From positions 372,001 through 436,000 of the forward strand of contig CAVNZM010000006.1 in NCBI GenBank assembly GCA_963693365.1: 64,000 nucleotides of DNA, read 5' to 3'. The DNA is from Amoebidium appalachense (lineage: Eukaryota > Protista > Ichthyosporea). The position numbers and the translations under genes are program-made. Below are positions 1 to 12,060 of this stretch, piece by piece. The notes beneath the pieces were generated by a model. The model saw nothing but the letters and a program-made list of their open reading frames with translations. It made no database searches and was not told the DNA's origin. Every line of letters begins with the position of its first letter. Position 1 is the first letter of the stretch.

Positions 1-32
1 GGTGGTGGTGGTGGCGGGGGGGGGGGGGGGGA

Positions 33-77
<45 letters not shown>

Positions 78-256
78 ATACCGAGTTGGTGGTGTAGCAC
101 CTAACCACATGATTGTTAGGGTGAGAGAAGAGGGGAGAGAAAAATGGGACATTTTACAACTCGCACACAGAACCTGTAATTACACAGAATGTGTTACAGT
201 ATGGTTGGGATGGCCAGTTTGTGTGTGCGTGAGTGTGCTTGAATGCGTGTGTGTGT

Positions 257-307
<51 letters not shown>

Positions 308-556
308 GGTCACAACGTGTGTTAAATTTCCGCGTGGGATGGGAATTCTGAATGCATACGTATACATGTGCAACACAAAGAGGGGCCGGGGGGGGGGGGG
401 GGGAGAGGGGGGGAGGGGGGAGGGGGGGGGGGGGGGGGATGATGTGTGTTTTTTTTGGGGGGGGGGGGAGGGGGGGCGAGGGGGGGAGGGGGGAGGGGGG
501 AGGGGGGGGGGGGGGAGGGCGGAGAGGGGGGGGGGGGGGGGGGGGGGGGGAGGGGG

Positions 557-913
557 TTTGAATGCGTCAAAAAGTACGAAGTACACAAGAACAAACGGAT
601 AACACGATGCAGAATGCAAGCCATACATAAAGAGTATGCATAATAAGCAGAGCCCATCCTCAGGGGGGGCCCACGTCATCCACAGTACCCGAGTTTCGAC
701 CTATTCCCCTCGTTAACGAAACCCAACTCAGATACTGTTTCACTTGAACATGGGTAGGTCACCCGTCTTGACCAGAGACGAGCAGGGTTGCTTATGCAGG
801 CAAGGGCAGTGGGAAAGGCCGGGGGTTAAAGTTGCAGCAGTAAGCAGAAGCAAGAAAAATAGAGATAGGAACTCAGGAGACGGGGCTTCTAGGAAGCTCC
901 CCCGTCGATACCT
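557..913 (-). mobile_element. Structured-RNA repeat element, subfamily 2, copy A (core 643-795)
   Basis: Nearly identical to 63313-63670, from TTTGAATGCG to GTCGATACCT. The core is homologous to the copies at 7860-8222 and 61997-63191. Confidence 0.8.
643..795 (-). ncRNA. Candidate K-turn/double-pseudoknot hammerhead-like ribozyme core (copy A)
   Basis: Minus-strand stems: ACAGUAUCUGAGU/ACUCGGGUACUGU, CCCAUGU/ACGUGGG and GACCUA/UAGGUC. Core motifs: GUU (727-725), GAAAC (697-693) and CUGAGGA (663-657). The structure is well supported; ribozyme activity is inferred. Confidence 0.55.
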
Positions 914-1315
914 AAGTCGATACTTCCCTGGCTAACATACTACACCAGCTGAAAAGAATTAAGTCCCGAAGGCCGCAGAATTCGCAATCAGAGGGGAAAA
1001 TATGAGATTTGACCCACGCCGCAGGGTAGTAACACGCTTACTAGGGCGGAACTTTATCGTCTTCGAACGGAAAGCTATGCCCCCGGATGTCAGCCGGAAA
1101 TATGGTATCACCCATTGCTTTGGGCTTGAAAAAAGCCAAACCGATAGTCCGAGTTATGTTACGCCGGCGGGTAACATGCCGCATGGGTTCCAAGAGAGCT
1201 GTCGCCAACAGAGCGGTGTGGGGGGGGGGGGGGGGGGGGGGGGGGGGAGGTCACAACGTGTGTTATTTCGGCGTGGGATGGGAATTCTGAATGCATACGT
1301 ATACATGTGCAACAC

Positions 1316-1371
<56 letters not shown>

Positions 1372-1635
1372 GGGGGAGGGGGGGGGGGGGGGGGGGGGGG
1401 GGATGATGTGTGTGTTTTTTTTTGTTTTTTTTTTGGGGGGGGGGGGGGGGGGAGGGGGGGGAGGGGGGGAGGGGGGAGGGGGGGGGGGGGGGGGGGCCGT
1501 TTGCAGGACATATGTTGGTACTTCACCAAGTTCAATGGTTGAAAATACGGTTTCAACACAGTTGCCGTTTCATTGAACACTCTCGAAATTTTAATCTCAT
1601 TACATACGATGTCAAAAGTGGCCGGATCAACCGGG

Positions 1636-4600
1636 CTATGAATCCCAGAATGACTGTGTCGGACCTTGTTGCTGCTGGGCCGTTGTGTTCTGTGGCTGCA
1701 CGGTGGTCTGTGTGGGCTGGGTGGCAGGCATGGCCACCATAGCGCCCAAGCCCATCGGGTACTGGGGCATGGGGGCTGTAGGCAATGCAGGCACGTTGGC
1801 CATGGTGGTCAGGGCCTCCTTCTTAACCCGCACTATGGCATCGGGGGCCAGGCGGGTCCACCAGCCAATGATGTCACCCATGTCGCTATCTGGGGGCCGC
1901 AGGAACAGCATGGCGCTGATGGGCACATCGGCCTTGCGGTAGTGGCGGCACTCAGCATCCTCGCCCACATAGGGCACCGTGGGGGGCATGGCCATGGCTG
2001 CCCCCTGCAGGAGCATCATCAGCTGTGCTGGCGGCAGCATCAGCTCCCCGTAGCCACCCCACATCCCGGCCCCGCCCGTGCCAGGTGCGGCCTGGGGCAT
2101 GTGCAGATATGGGGCCAGGGGGTTGATACCCATGTCCATACCCCCCAGCCCCATCCCGGCCATGCCCATGGGCCCACCCAATGGCACCTGGGGTGCTGGC
2201 TCGGGTGCTGGCGGCCGCTGGGCCATTTGGGCCCATGACGCAGTGGGTGCCTGCGGGCTGGCCTGGGCTTGGGGCTGGGGCTGGGGCTGGGGTTGGGGCA
2301 TCATGGGCATGATGGGCATGCCAGGCATGGCGTAGGGCTGAGGGCGCTGGGTGCTGGCCCACCGCTGCGACACCGTCGGCTGGGCCGTGTCAAGCAGGGG
2401 CACACTGGCAACAGGCGGGGTGGCCACCAGGTTGGCTGCAGAGACAGTGGGTGACGTGCTCATTCGGCCACTGCCGGGAGCAGTGCCAGGCGAGGTCATG
2501 GGGGCCGTACTGGGTGACGATGCAAAGCTGCCCCACAGTGTGGACCCAGACCCAGGCAGCAGGCCGGGGGCCGTGGCTGGTGACGTGGATGCAGGGCCAG
2601 TGGGGCCTGGGCTGCCCCACAGGGAGGCCACGGATAAGAGGCCCTCGGCCACCTGGGGGCTGGCCGTGCTGCTGGCTGCCTTGGCCGGCAGGGGGACTGG
2701 GTCGGGGGCAGGGGCCTGCTGGTGGGCCAGCATGGTGCCGCCAATGTAGCTGCGGATGTCCTGGCTGGTGCGCTGCCCAAAGAACCCACTGTCGTCGTCC
2801 TGCATGCTGCTGGGCCCCAGCGGTTTCTTGTCTGGCGCCACCATGGGGGAGCCTGTGGGGGTGTGGAACATGTCGCTGCTGCCCACCAGCGATGCCGCCA
2901 TCTCCTCCACCATGGCCCCGAGCCCCGGCCCGGCCTCCTCCCCGTCAGCATCTGGCCCTGCAGATGGCCCTGCCGCCGCCTCTGGGGGTGGGTCCAGGTC
3001 CAGGCTGGGCACCTGCTGGTCGGCCACGGGCCGGAGCCCTGGCTGGGCCACCCCAACATCTGTGTCTGCGGGGGTAGCGTGCTGCTTGGTATGGGATGCC
3101 AGGGGGGGTTCGGTGGGTGGCTCTGGCACGGGGCTGGGCTCGGTGTCCGGCTCTGTGTCGGATGCAGTTGCTGGGCCACTTTGGGTCGGGCTGGCTGGGT
3201 CGGGGGTGAGGGCCAGCATGTCCAGGGTCGGCACCACCTGGTTGGGCTGGGGCTGCGGGCCCTCCTCCCCGGCGACGGCTGCAGGCCCTGGGCTCTGGGT
3301 CTGCGAGTTCTGGTGTGGGGGTGGCCCTGCCATGCGTGCCGTGTGCAGAGGCGCCACCGTGCGTGGCCCTTGGTTGAAGGCCCCATAACGCTGCGGCTGC
3401 GGCCCTGGCGGCTGGCCTTGCGGCGCTTGGTGCCCAGGGGCCAGTGGGGGAGTGGGCGGCATGGGGGGCTGGTTGTTGGGGTAGCTGCCAGGCATCATGG
3501 GCCCACGAGGGGGTCCAACCATCATTGGGCCGGGACCACCCATCATATGGCCCTGCATGGGAGGGGGCCCACCCATCATGTGTGGGCCCTGCATGGGAGG
3601 CGTGCCACCCATCATGGGGCCTTGCATGGGCCCGGGACCGCCCATCATCTGGCCCTGCATGGGCCCAGGCCCACCCATGTGGCCGGGCGGACCGTAGGGG
3701 CCCTGGCCATACGGAGAGCCATTTATGGGCTGGCCCGGGCCAGGCATCATGCCTGGAGAGGTGGATGGGCCGACTGGTGGGCCTAGCTGGCTCCCTGGGT
3801 TGCTGCCGGGGTTGGCCAGGCTGCCGGAGGAGGCCGGGTTGCTGCGCAGGAAGGAGGGCACAAAGGCCGGGGCATCGGCCGACAGGGAGTCGCGCTTGGG
3901 CATGCCAAGGGGCGAGGTGGTAGCCTGCGGTGCTGCAGTGGTGGGTGCTGTAGGTCGGGTGGCGGGGGGGGCAGCAGGCTTGATGGGGTAGGCGGCGGGG
4001 AGCTGGGGCTGTTGGGGCGGGGCTGGTGGCTGCTGGTCCAGGGCCTCGCCCAGGTCCAGGTCGTTCCAGGCACGGGGCTCGATGAAGGTGGGCTGGATCT
4101 TGCAGCCGGCCACGGCCTTGGCGTTGCTCTTGAGGTAAAAGTAGGCATAGGCCGCCATGGTCTCGTTGGGCAGCCGCACCAGCAGGCCCGTGCGGTTGCG
4201 CAGCAGCCGGTCCTGGGGGGTCAGCACGGCCTTGTAGTCGATCTGCTCGGCCAGCGCCCCCAGCGCCTCGATGTTCTCCTGCGCCCACCGCTCCATCAGC
4301 GCCACCACGTCCTCCACGCCCCCGTGCGCATAGATGCTGGAGATCAGCAGGTAGCTGCTCTCCTGGTGCGTGTCGTAGCGCTCGGGGTCCAGCGGCCGTG
4401 ACCCCAGCAGGTTGCTGACGGGCAGCAGGGTGGGCCGTGTGTCGTGGGCCTGGATGGCCGTGCCCAGGTCCTCCCAGGCCACGCTGGCCTTGTTCTTGCG
4501 CTGCTTCTTCTTCTTGCCCTTGCCCAGGCCCAGCACCTCCTCGTCCTCGTCCTTGCGCCGCAGCATCACCATGGGCACCTCCCCCACCAGCCCTTCTGGT

Positions 4601-6259
4601 GGCCGTACCACCTGCTTGCCGGCCTGCTGCGCCAGCTGCTCGGCCCGCCGCTTGGCCTCGCGCTCTCTCTGCCGCCGCTCCCGCCTGTCCTCCTCCTTCT
4701 CTTTCGGTGCCTCTTTGGCTGGCGCTGGCGCTGGCGCTGGGGCCGGCTCGGGAGCAGGGGCCGGTTCGGGGGCAGGGGCAGGGGCAGGGGCAGGGGGCTG
4801 GTCGTCGGTACGGCGGGCTGACCCTGTTTTCTTGCGGGGCTCTGCATCGGCGGCACCGCGGGTCTTTTTCTTGCCGTCCTTGGCCTTGGGATGGCGGGGC
4901 TTCTGCATGGGCCGGGCATCCTCTTGGTTGTCCTTCTGGTCGCGGCGGCGCGTGATTGTGTAGCGGGTGCCGTTGAGCCAGGTGTTGATGGTGTCGATGG
5001 TGCCCCAGCAGCTGGGCGTCACGCACGGCACGTCCTGGGAGGCCACCATGCCAAGGGACGCATTGCGCTCGCCCAGCGCCTTGGTCAGGCAGGGCCGGTG
5101 GTACCACACCTTGCACTTGGCCGCGCACACCATCTCGCACCGCGCATCCTTGACATACACCCGCCTGTCCCCGTCAGGCAGGCACACGTGGCTGTCGCCC
5201 AGCACGGCGCCAGCAGGGCACTGGCCCAGCACCTTGTTGGTCTCGGCCGTCAGGGCTTCGACCCGGGGCAGCTCGTCGGCAAAGACGGGAATCTCGGACG
5301 GGTTGATGGTGGTGCCCCCCTGGGTTGCCCTGCGGATGTCTGTGCCGGCCCGTCCCCGTGCGGCCTGGTTGCGCATGGCCTGCTCGCTGCTGGGCGTGGC
5401 GTAGTCAGTGAAGGGCCGGGGCCTCTGCTTCTTGGGCCGTGTGCGCTGGGCCCTGTCCTGCATGGCGGCATCGATGTCCGAGTTGCTGTCCTCCTCCCCG
5501 CTGGACTCAGGATCCATCAGCACCGGCAGGGGCGTGTCTGCCCCCGGTGCCGTCTTGAATGTGTGCCTGCTGACCGGCCGGGGCCTGGGCACATCCTCGT
5601 CCGAGCTCGACTCCCCATTCAGGGACGGCAGATCAGCGGGGTCATCATCGTCGACCGGTGGCCTGCGTGAGCTCCCCGTGGCCGTGCTGGGTGGTGCGGC
5701 AAAGCGGCTGACCACGTGACTGCGCAGATCTTCCAGCATCTTCTGCCCGTCCTTGCTGTCTGCCCCCGTGGCACATGCCTTCAGCCCCAGGTCCAGCGTC
5801 TTGAGCACAAGGTCCCCCCTGCTGTCGGCCACCTGCAGCCGTGCCTGCAGGTAGTACACACGGGCAAGGGTTGGGTCCCGGGCCCTGGCCATGCTCAGAA
5901 AACTCTCGGCCCTCTCCCGGCCCGAATTTTGAAGAAGGCGCACCTCGGCAGCCTCGCAGAGTAGCGGTGCATACTGCATGGATTGCCCTGTCAGCAACCC
6001 GGCCAACCACACTGCTGGCATGCGTTAAACCATCCCCATTCAAACGGGGAGCAGGCAACATGCTTCACAGTCACCGAGAAGATGCACTTCATGTCCCCTG
6101 GTTGCGCGGCAAAACAACACATGCATACACACAAAGCAATCATCCATATGCAACACACACGCACACGCTACGCAAGCAAGCCAAAGGTCACATGCAAGCC
6201 TGCATCTGGGTCTGAAATAGCTCAACGGGCAACCTGGTATCTAGGTTTTTTTTTTTTTT

Positions 6260-6305
<46 letters not shown>

Positions 6306-9300
6306 TTACGGCCGGGGCCCTTTTTACGGCCAGCTCAAAGGCCTCAGCAGCCTTTCTTGCCAGTGCCGGCACCTTTCTAGCCGGGGCGTTGGTCATCTCC
6401 TCCACAAACTGCAGCCCTGTCTGCCGCTCCTGCTTGCCCGCTGCCGTGTGCTGCCGCCTTTTAGCTGCCTTGAGCCAAGCCCTGACATCAGCCATGCTGT
6501 TGTGCACAAGGTCCGAATATTCCTCGTCTGCTGACTCCTCCCCCTCACTCTGGGAGCTCTGCAGGGCGGGCAAATCATCCTCCTCCTCTTCATCCTCTGA
6601 CTCGGTCAGGTGGGGAAGATCGTCGGGGGGAGGTGCCGGTGCAGGCTTAGGGGCGGGTTTGGGTGTAGCGGCCTTCATGGCTAGGGACATCTCGTCTCTC
6701 ATCTTGACAAGCTGCGCTGCAATCTGCTCAAAACACAGCAACACAGTCAGCCACCACTCAAACGCACATCACCCTTGCCCTATGTATGTCCCTACACCCA
6801 CACCCTTCCTTTCTCCCCCTCTCCCACCACCTAGGCCCTTTCCACCTGTCTCCTGCACTGACCCACCCTTCGTCTTCCCGTAACCCCTCCCCACCCCCCC
6901 CCCCCCCCCCCCCCTGCTTTCCCCTTCTCCCTAGCCAGCCTTCCTCCCCAACCCTTTCCTGCATAACCCACACCATCCCACCACCCATGCCTCTACGCTC
7001 CTGCTACTATCCTCTTTTCCCCTCCCTTTCCCAACCCATTTAAACCCCAAACAAACACATACCGAGCTAGGCATGGTGGGGATAAGGGGGTCCAGAAAGT
7101 CCAATCCCTCCTGGTATCTCTTGAGCATCATCAGAGCTGTGGCCTTGCGCCCATATGCCTTGTAGAACCCTGGGCTATAACACAGTGTCAGCACCAAAAT
7201 ACGACGTGTGGGCACTAGGTAAAATGTGGCAGGCACACTACGCCTACACGAAGAAAGTGATGGCATGTATTGATGGGTAGAGAGCATGAGGGGACGTGCA
7301 TAGCATGAACATGCATACGGTGAACTTTCATAGCATGGCGGGTCGGACTGGCTAGCAAAATGAACACTGGAGCTGCACCACGGCTGTGTGATCTTTGAGC
7401 CCCCCTCCATATGTGCTTCCACACCAGCAACACATGACCATAATATCAGGCTGGAACCATGTCATACACACATGGGGCAGAAGTATAAGGTTCAGAGAGG
7501 GTCTGCCTGCAATTCGGTGAATGCAGTCGTAGACAGCTCTAGGCTGCAGGCACACTGGTCAGGCACAACCAACCGGAACAAGCAAGGGGGGCAAAGAAGA
7601 GAGGAAATGGCCCATGTTGGCAGAGGGGCACCCAGCGGATGAAAGGGGAGGAGTGGGGAAAGAGAAAAGGAAGTGGAAGCTAGGACGCAGAGAATAAGGA
7701 AGAGGAGATCGAGGTGGGAGAGGGGTGTTGAGGGGGGGGTGGAGGGGGGGGGAGGGGGTGGAGGGGGGAGGGGGGAGGAATATAGGGAGGGAAAGTGAGA
7801 GAGGGGAGAGAGTAGAGAGAGTGGGACAGCGAGTGAGAAGGAGAGGGGGAGGGGGGGGGTTTGAATGCGGAACACGGTATGAAGTACGCATACACGAAGG
7901 ACACATGAAAAGGCAAACATTCAAGTATGCAACATCAGCCATGCGCACAGTATGCGTCATAAGCAGAACCCATCCTCAGGGAGGGCCCAAGTCATCAATT
8001 GCGTCTGAGTTTCGACCCCTTAGCCCGCGTATATACGACTCTCCAACTCAGACAGCAGCATCAACTGAACTTGGGAGGGTCAACCCGTCTTGATCAAAGA
8101 CGAGCAGGGTTGCTTATGCAAGCAAGGTGAGCAAACCGATGAATATGTGTGTGCAAACTAATGCAGTGCAGCGGAAAATGCGTATGTACAGAGCAACCAT
8201 GCCTGGTTGCATGGAAGTAAAGCGGTGGTGGTGGGGGGGGGGGGGGGGCCGAGAAGGGGGCGGGGAGAGAAAGAAATCGAGGGGGGGGGGGGGGGGGGGG
8301 GAGGAATGGGAAGGGAAGAGGAAAATGCGTGGGCATCAGAGCTCAGGGAATGATGTTTTTTTCTGTGTGAGTGTGGTGGTGGTGGTTGGGGGGTGAGGGC
8401 GGAGGGGAGGGGGGGGAGGGGGAGGACAGAGACGAAGGTTATAAAGGTAAGGGGGCAGGCCGCGGGGGCAGGGGCGGGGGGGGGGGGGGGGGGGGGGGGG
8501 GAGGGGGAGAAGGGAGAAGGGGGAGGGGGATCCTTGTGTGCGGCAAAAGAAGACGGGTGCGCAGACGGAAGGGTGTGAAGGGGGGCGGGTATGTGATTAC
8601 TGCAACACAATATCCCCCTTCCTTTGCTGTAGCAAACCTGCTCATACATCCCGAGTACAACTGCACACTCAGAGGCAGTGCACGTGCAAAACACAGGGCA
8701 CCTACTCGATAGCTATGCAGTGTTCTGAGTCCTGGATCGCCTTCGTGCAGTTCTCCTCCAGACGTGTGGGGTCCTCCCTGGCCTGGTTGACATATGACAG
8801 GGCCCTGTTACTGTAGAGCACGTGCAGGACGAGGGACGGATATTCCTTCCCTTTCTTCTTGTGCATGTTTAGTGCTGACGTGTACACAGCAATGGCCTTC
8901 TCCCAGTCCCTGTTCTGGTGGTGCATGTTGCCCTCTGCTTTTGCCTTTTCAATCACCGCCTTTTCCGATTCACTTAGCCCGACAGACGAACTACCGCTGG
9001 CTTTCGCCCGTTGCGGGCCACTGGGTGGAGAGGGGCTGCGTGGCTGTTGTGGCCGCTTGGGAGGAACCGAGCGTGGTTTTGTGTCTGCATCTTCGTCCGT
9101 GTTTTCGGATTCAAGGTCCGGTATCTCCTCATCATCCTCATCGTCCATGCGAGGTGGGGGAACATCCACCACCACCACCTCCTCCTCCTCATCGTCATCT
9201 TCGTCATCCTCATCTTCCTCGTCTTCATCCTCATCCTCATCGTACTCGTCCTCATCGTCGTCCTCCTCATCCTCCCACTCATCCTCGGAATTACTGTCTT

Positions 9301-10651
9301 TCAGTTCGGGCATACCCACACTGTCGCGCTCATCAGCCGAATCCTCGAGGGAGGGTAGGTCCTCAAACTGTGTACCAACAACAGAGCACAGGTTAGCACC
9401 CTGACCGTGTCTACAGGCCTCCGCTTGTCGTGCTCCCTCACTGCTCCAACCTTGGTTTCTAGCCAAGCGTTTTTTCCGCAACCAAAATCCCTTCTGGTTT
9501 TTCACTCTCCTTCCCAGGACACGTCTCCTCGTGCCACATACCGACACACACAAGTACTTTCACGATCTACTCCCCTCCCCCATTCCCAGTTCACTCCCCC
9601 CCCCCCCCCCCCCCCCCCCCCCAATAAATTCCCTTTCACTGCTTCACCTCCTTGCCACCAACACGCGCTCTGTGTGTCTTCACACTCACACTCAACTCCC
9701 TCCCTCTCTCCCTCCTCGGTCCCCCTATTTTACCTCCCGTCATCCCTGACCCCTACTCCTGCCTTACTACCTTCCCCCCCCCCCCCCCCCCCCCCCAACA
9801 CCCCGCCTTCTCATGTGGCATCCACTCGATCTCTTGATTAAACAAGCACACACGTCTGATTATAACAGCATGCACACAGGGCACAAAGTTGTGTACCGAT
9901 GCACACCTGCACGCAAGTGCATCCACACGGCCTATCAGTAAAGTAGGGTAGGGACGAGGATGGAGGGCAGGGAGGGGAGGGGAGGAGGGGAGAGGAGAGA
10001 AAGGGAGGAGATGTGTGTACATATACAGTGACTATCAGACTAACAGGAATGCAGGGGGGGTGGGGGGGGGGGGGGGGGGGGGAAGAGGGGACGAAAGAAG
10101 AGCGAGAGGAGTGGAGACAGAGAGCACTCACGTCCTTACACACCAACACCAGCTATAACACATAGTTAGGGAGTATAAAGGCGCAGCACAGCTACTACAA
10201 AACTTGATACAAGAACAAACCAGGCGCCTGCAGCAAGGAGCCCTTGTGAGGGAAAAAGAGAAGAGGTGGGGGAAGGGAGGATCTACAAGTGGACAAGGGT
10301 GGTGGATCTGAATGGACCGAGGGCAAAGGGCAGGGACGCCGAAGAAGTAAACAGACGACCAACCGAATAAAACACACAGACTGCCTCGATGTTCACACAA
10401 GCACATCCAGGGGTTTAGCCAGCACAGACACAAGAGAGGTTTAGGCCCAAGAAATAGGGATCTAGATGCACGTGACCTATTACATGCAGCAACCAGCGAG
10501 TTAGGCACGGATAAAGCCACCTTGCCAACCCCCCTCCCCTCCCCCCCCCCCTCCCCCCCCCCCCCCCCTCTTTCAATCCTCTCCCTCTGGGACTCACGTC
10601 ATCATCAGCTCCACCCGCTTGGGCACTAGACTGGGTAGTGGCTGGCTTCAT
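1636..10651 (-). CDS. TPR-repeat protein with TTC3/DZIP3-like Cys/His domain, RRM-like segment, PAM2 motif and long Pro/Gly/Met low-complexity tail (~1859 aa, 5 exons)
   Basis: GT-AG exons 10651-10598, 9367-8706, 7174-7063, 6723-6310 and 5973-1636 join in frame (5580 nt including TAG). TPR helices: KAEGNMHHQNRDWEKAIAVYTSAL...LYSNRALSY and DPGFYKAYGRKATALMMLKRYQEG. CAAKCKVWYHRPC...CVTPSCWGTI resembles the TTC3/DZIP3-family domain. Confidence 0.85.
3853..3888 (-). other. PAM2 (PABP-interacting) motif within the TPR protein
   Basis: SLSADAPAFVPS matches the PAM2 consensus xLxxxAxxFxP and lies in a disordered region. Confidence 0.75.
7860..8222 (-). mobile_element. Structured-RNA repeat element, subfamily 1, copy B (core 7958-8118), in intron 2 of the TPR gene
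   Basis: Closely matches the 453-bp tandem unit at 61997-62449, apart from two short internal deletions and truncation after GGAAGTAAAG. Flanked by G-rich runs. Confidence 0.8.
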
Positions 10652-11119
10652 GGTTGCTGTTGCCTCACTTTTCCGTTCGCACTAACCCCCATGCTGTTAC
10701 CAGGTGATTATAAAGCTGAATGTTAGAGCATGCCTCTGTAAGAGTATGCAGGTTCGTGTTAGGATCCCTTGTGGTTTCGTTTAGAGGCTCCCGGAACAAC
10801 ACAGGCTCAGTCAAACGTACTTGTTAACAGGAAGACAAGTGTGTGATAACAGCTCTGTTTTTCCTGTGTCTTTAGAATCTCTGCACTGCAGTTACAGCTT
10901 TTGTGCCAAAAAGAGATTTACAGGCAAGCCTATGCATGCAATGAACTAGTTCTATGTGTATCTATCGTATAGTCTTGCTATTATTTCTGCTTCAGGTATA
11001 CTGTAAACAAACCTAACGAGCCCAACTTAGTAAAAGCATTCTCTGTTTTCCCTTGCGACTTTCACTTCAGGCGACAACTTCCGCGAGCCACCTTTCGGGT
11101 CAGACTCTGATCCAGCTAC

Positions 11120-11430
11120 ACCGAGTCGAGCCAATGATCACACCACCTCTATCCCATCTGCAATATGAAATGAAGCACACAAATACATTTACTTTGGTAA
11201 ATAAATGAGCATCATAGTAAGAGTAAGAATAAAGAAGCATGGCATACTTACTGTAATTTTTAATTCTATTTATTTCTTCTTTATAAGTTTAGAACAAGTC
11301 CAATTAGGTCAATATGTATGCCTGCTCCGCGAAATCGATCCGAGCTCAGCGTTGACCTGAACCGGTTCCATTCCTCCCATAAATATATTGTAGCCAATCA
11401 AATCCGTTGTTAAGGTATTCGCGCGGGAAA
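11120..11430. promoter_or_regulatory. Putative promoter region upstream of the TPR gene with CCAAT boxes and E2F-like sites
   Basis: AT-rich, microsatellite-free stretch 500-800 bp upstream of the ATG. AGCCAAT at ~11129 and ~11392; TTTCGCGG (minus, 11327-11334) and TTTCCCGCGC (minus, 11421-11430). Motif match only. Confidence 0.3.
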
Positions 11431-11744
11431 ACTCCCCCGGACCCCCAGGCCTCACTGCCACACGAGTGCAGCTGTGCTTGAAAAATACTGCCTTGAATTA
11501 GTAGATAGATCAAAGTTTTAAAAACTTGGTTTTACGGCGGCTAAATTCTACGGTCAGGACGTGCCAGATGATATCTCGCTATGAGCAATTCCTTACATGG
11601 AGGGTGTTTTTGTTTGGGAAGCAGGGCACAATAGTGCCGGATATGCACACGCACGCACGCCCGCACGCACACGCACACGCATGAACGCACACACACACAC
11701 GCACGCGCACACACACACACACACACACCATACACGCACTGTAC

Positions 11745-11779
<35 letters not shown>

Positions 11780-11999
11780 CTCTCTCTTTCTCTCACTCAC
11801 TCACTCACACACACACGCACACACACCCACACCCACGCACGCATGCACACGCACGAACGCACACAAGCAAACAGTGGGCAGGATAATGTTGCATGATTTG
11901 AATTGAGGGCGATGATCGAAAAGGAAGCAAAAACTTGGTAGGTGGAATGAAGGAAGGGGGAGGTGTGCGCGCAGGGAGCCACATGCCCCCCCTCTCCCC

Positions 12000-12060
<61 letters not shown>

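Larger units (their letters stand above)
307..1320. repeat. Pair of ~75-bp direct repeats (307-381 and 1248-1320), each followed by a G-run and GATGATGTGTGT, bracketing repeat-element copy A
   Basis: AGGTCACAACGTGTGTTA...GGGATGGGAATTCTGAATGCATACGTATACATGTGCAACACAAAGA occurs at both positions with only a few differences. Confidence 0.85.

Noticed and set aside
1002-1406. 134-aa plus-strand ORF next to copy A
   Set aside because: No recognisable domain, and it runs into poly-G and the direct repeat; no RT or endonuclease motifs.
5974-6021. ORF-track start of the 1461-aa ORF at 6021
   Set aside because: This stretch is intronic; the exon starts at the acceptor ATGCAG|TAT (5973) and continues the TPR from the upstream exon.
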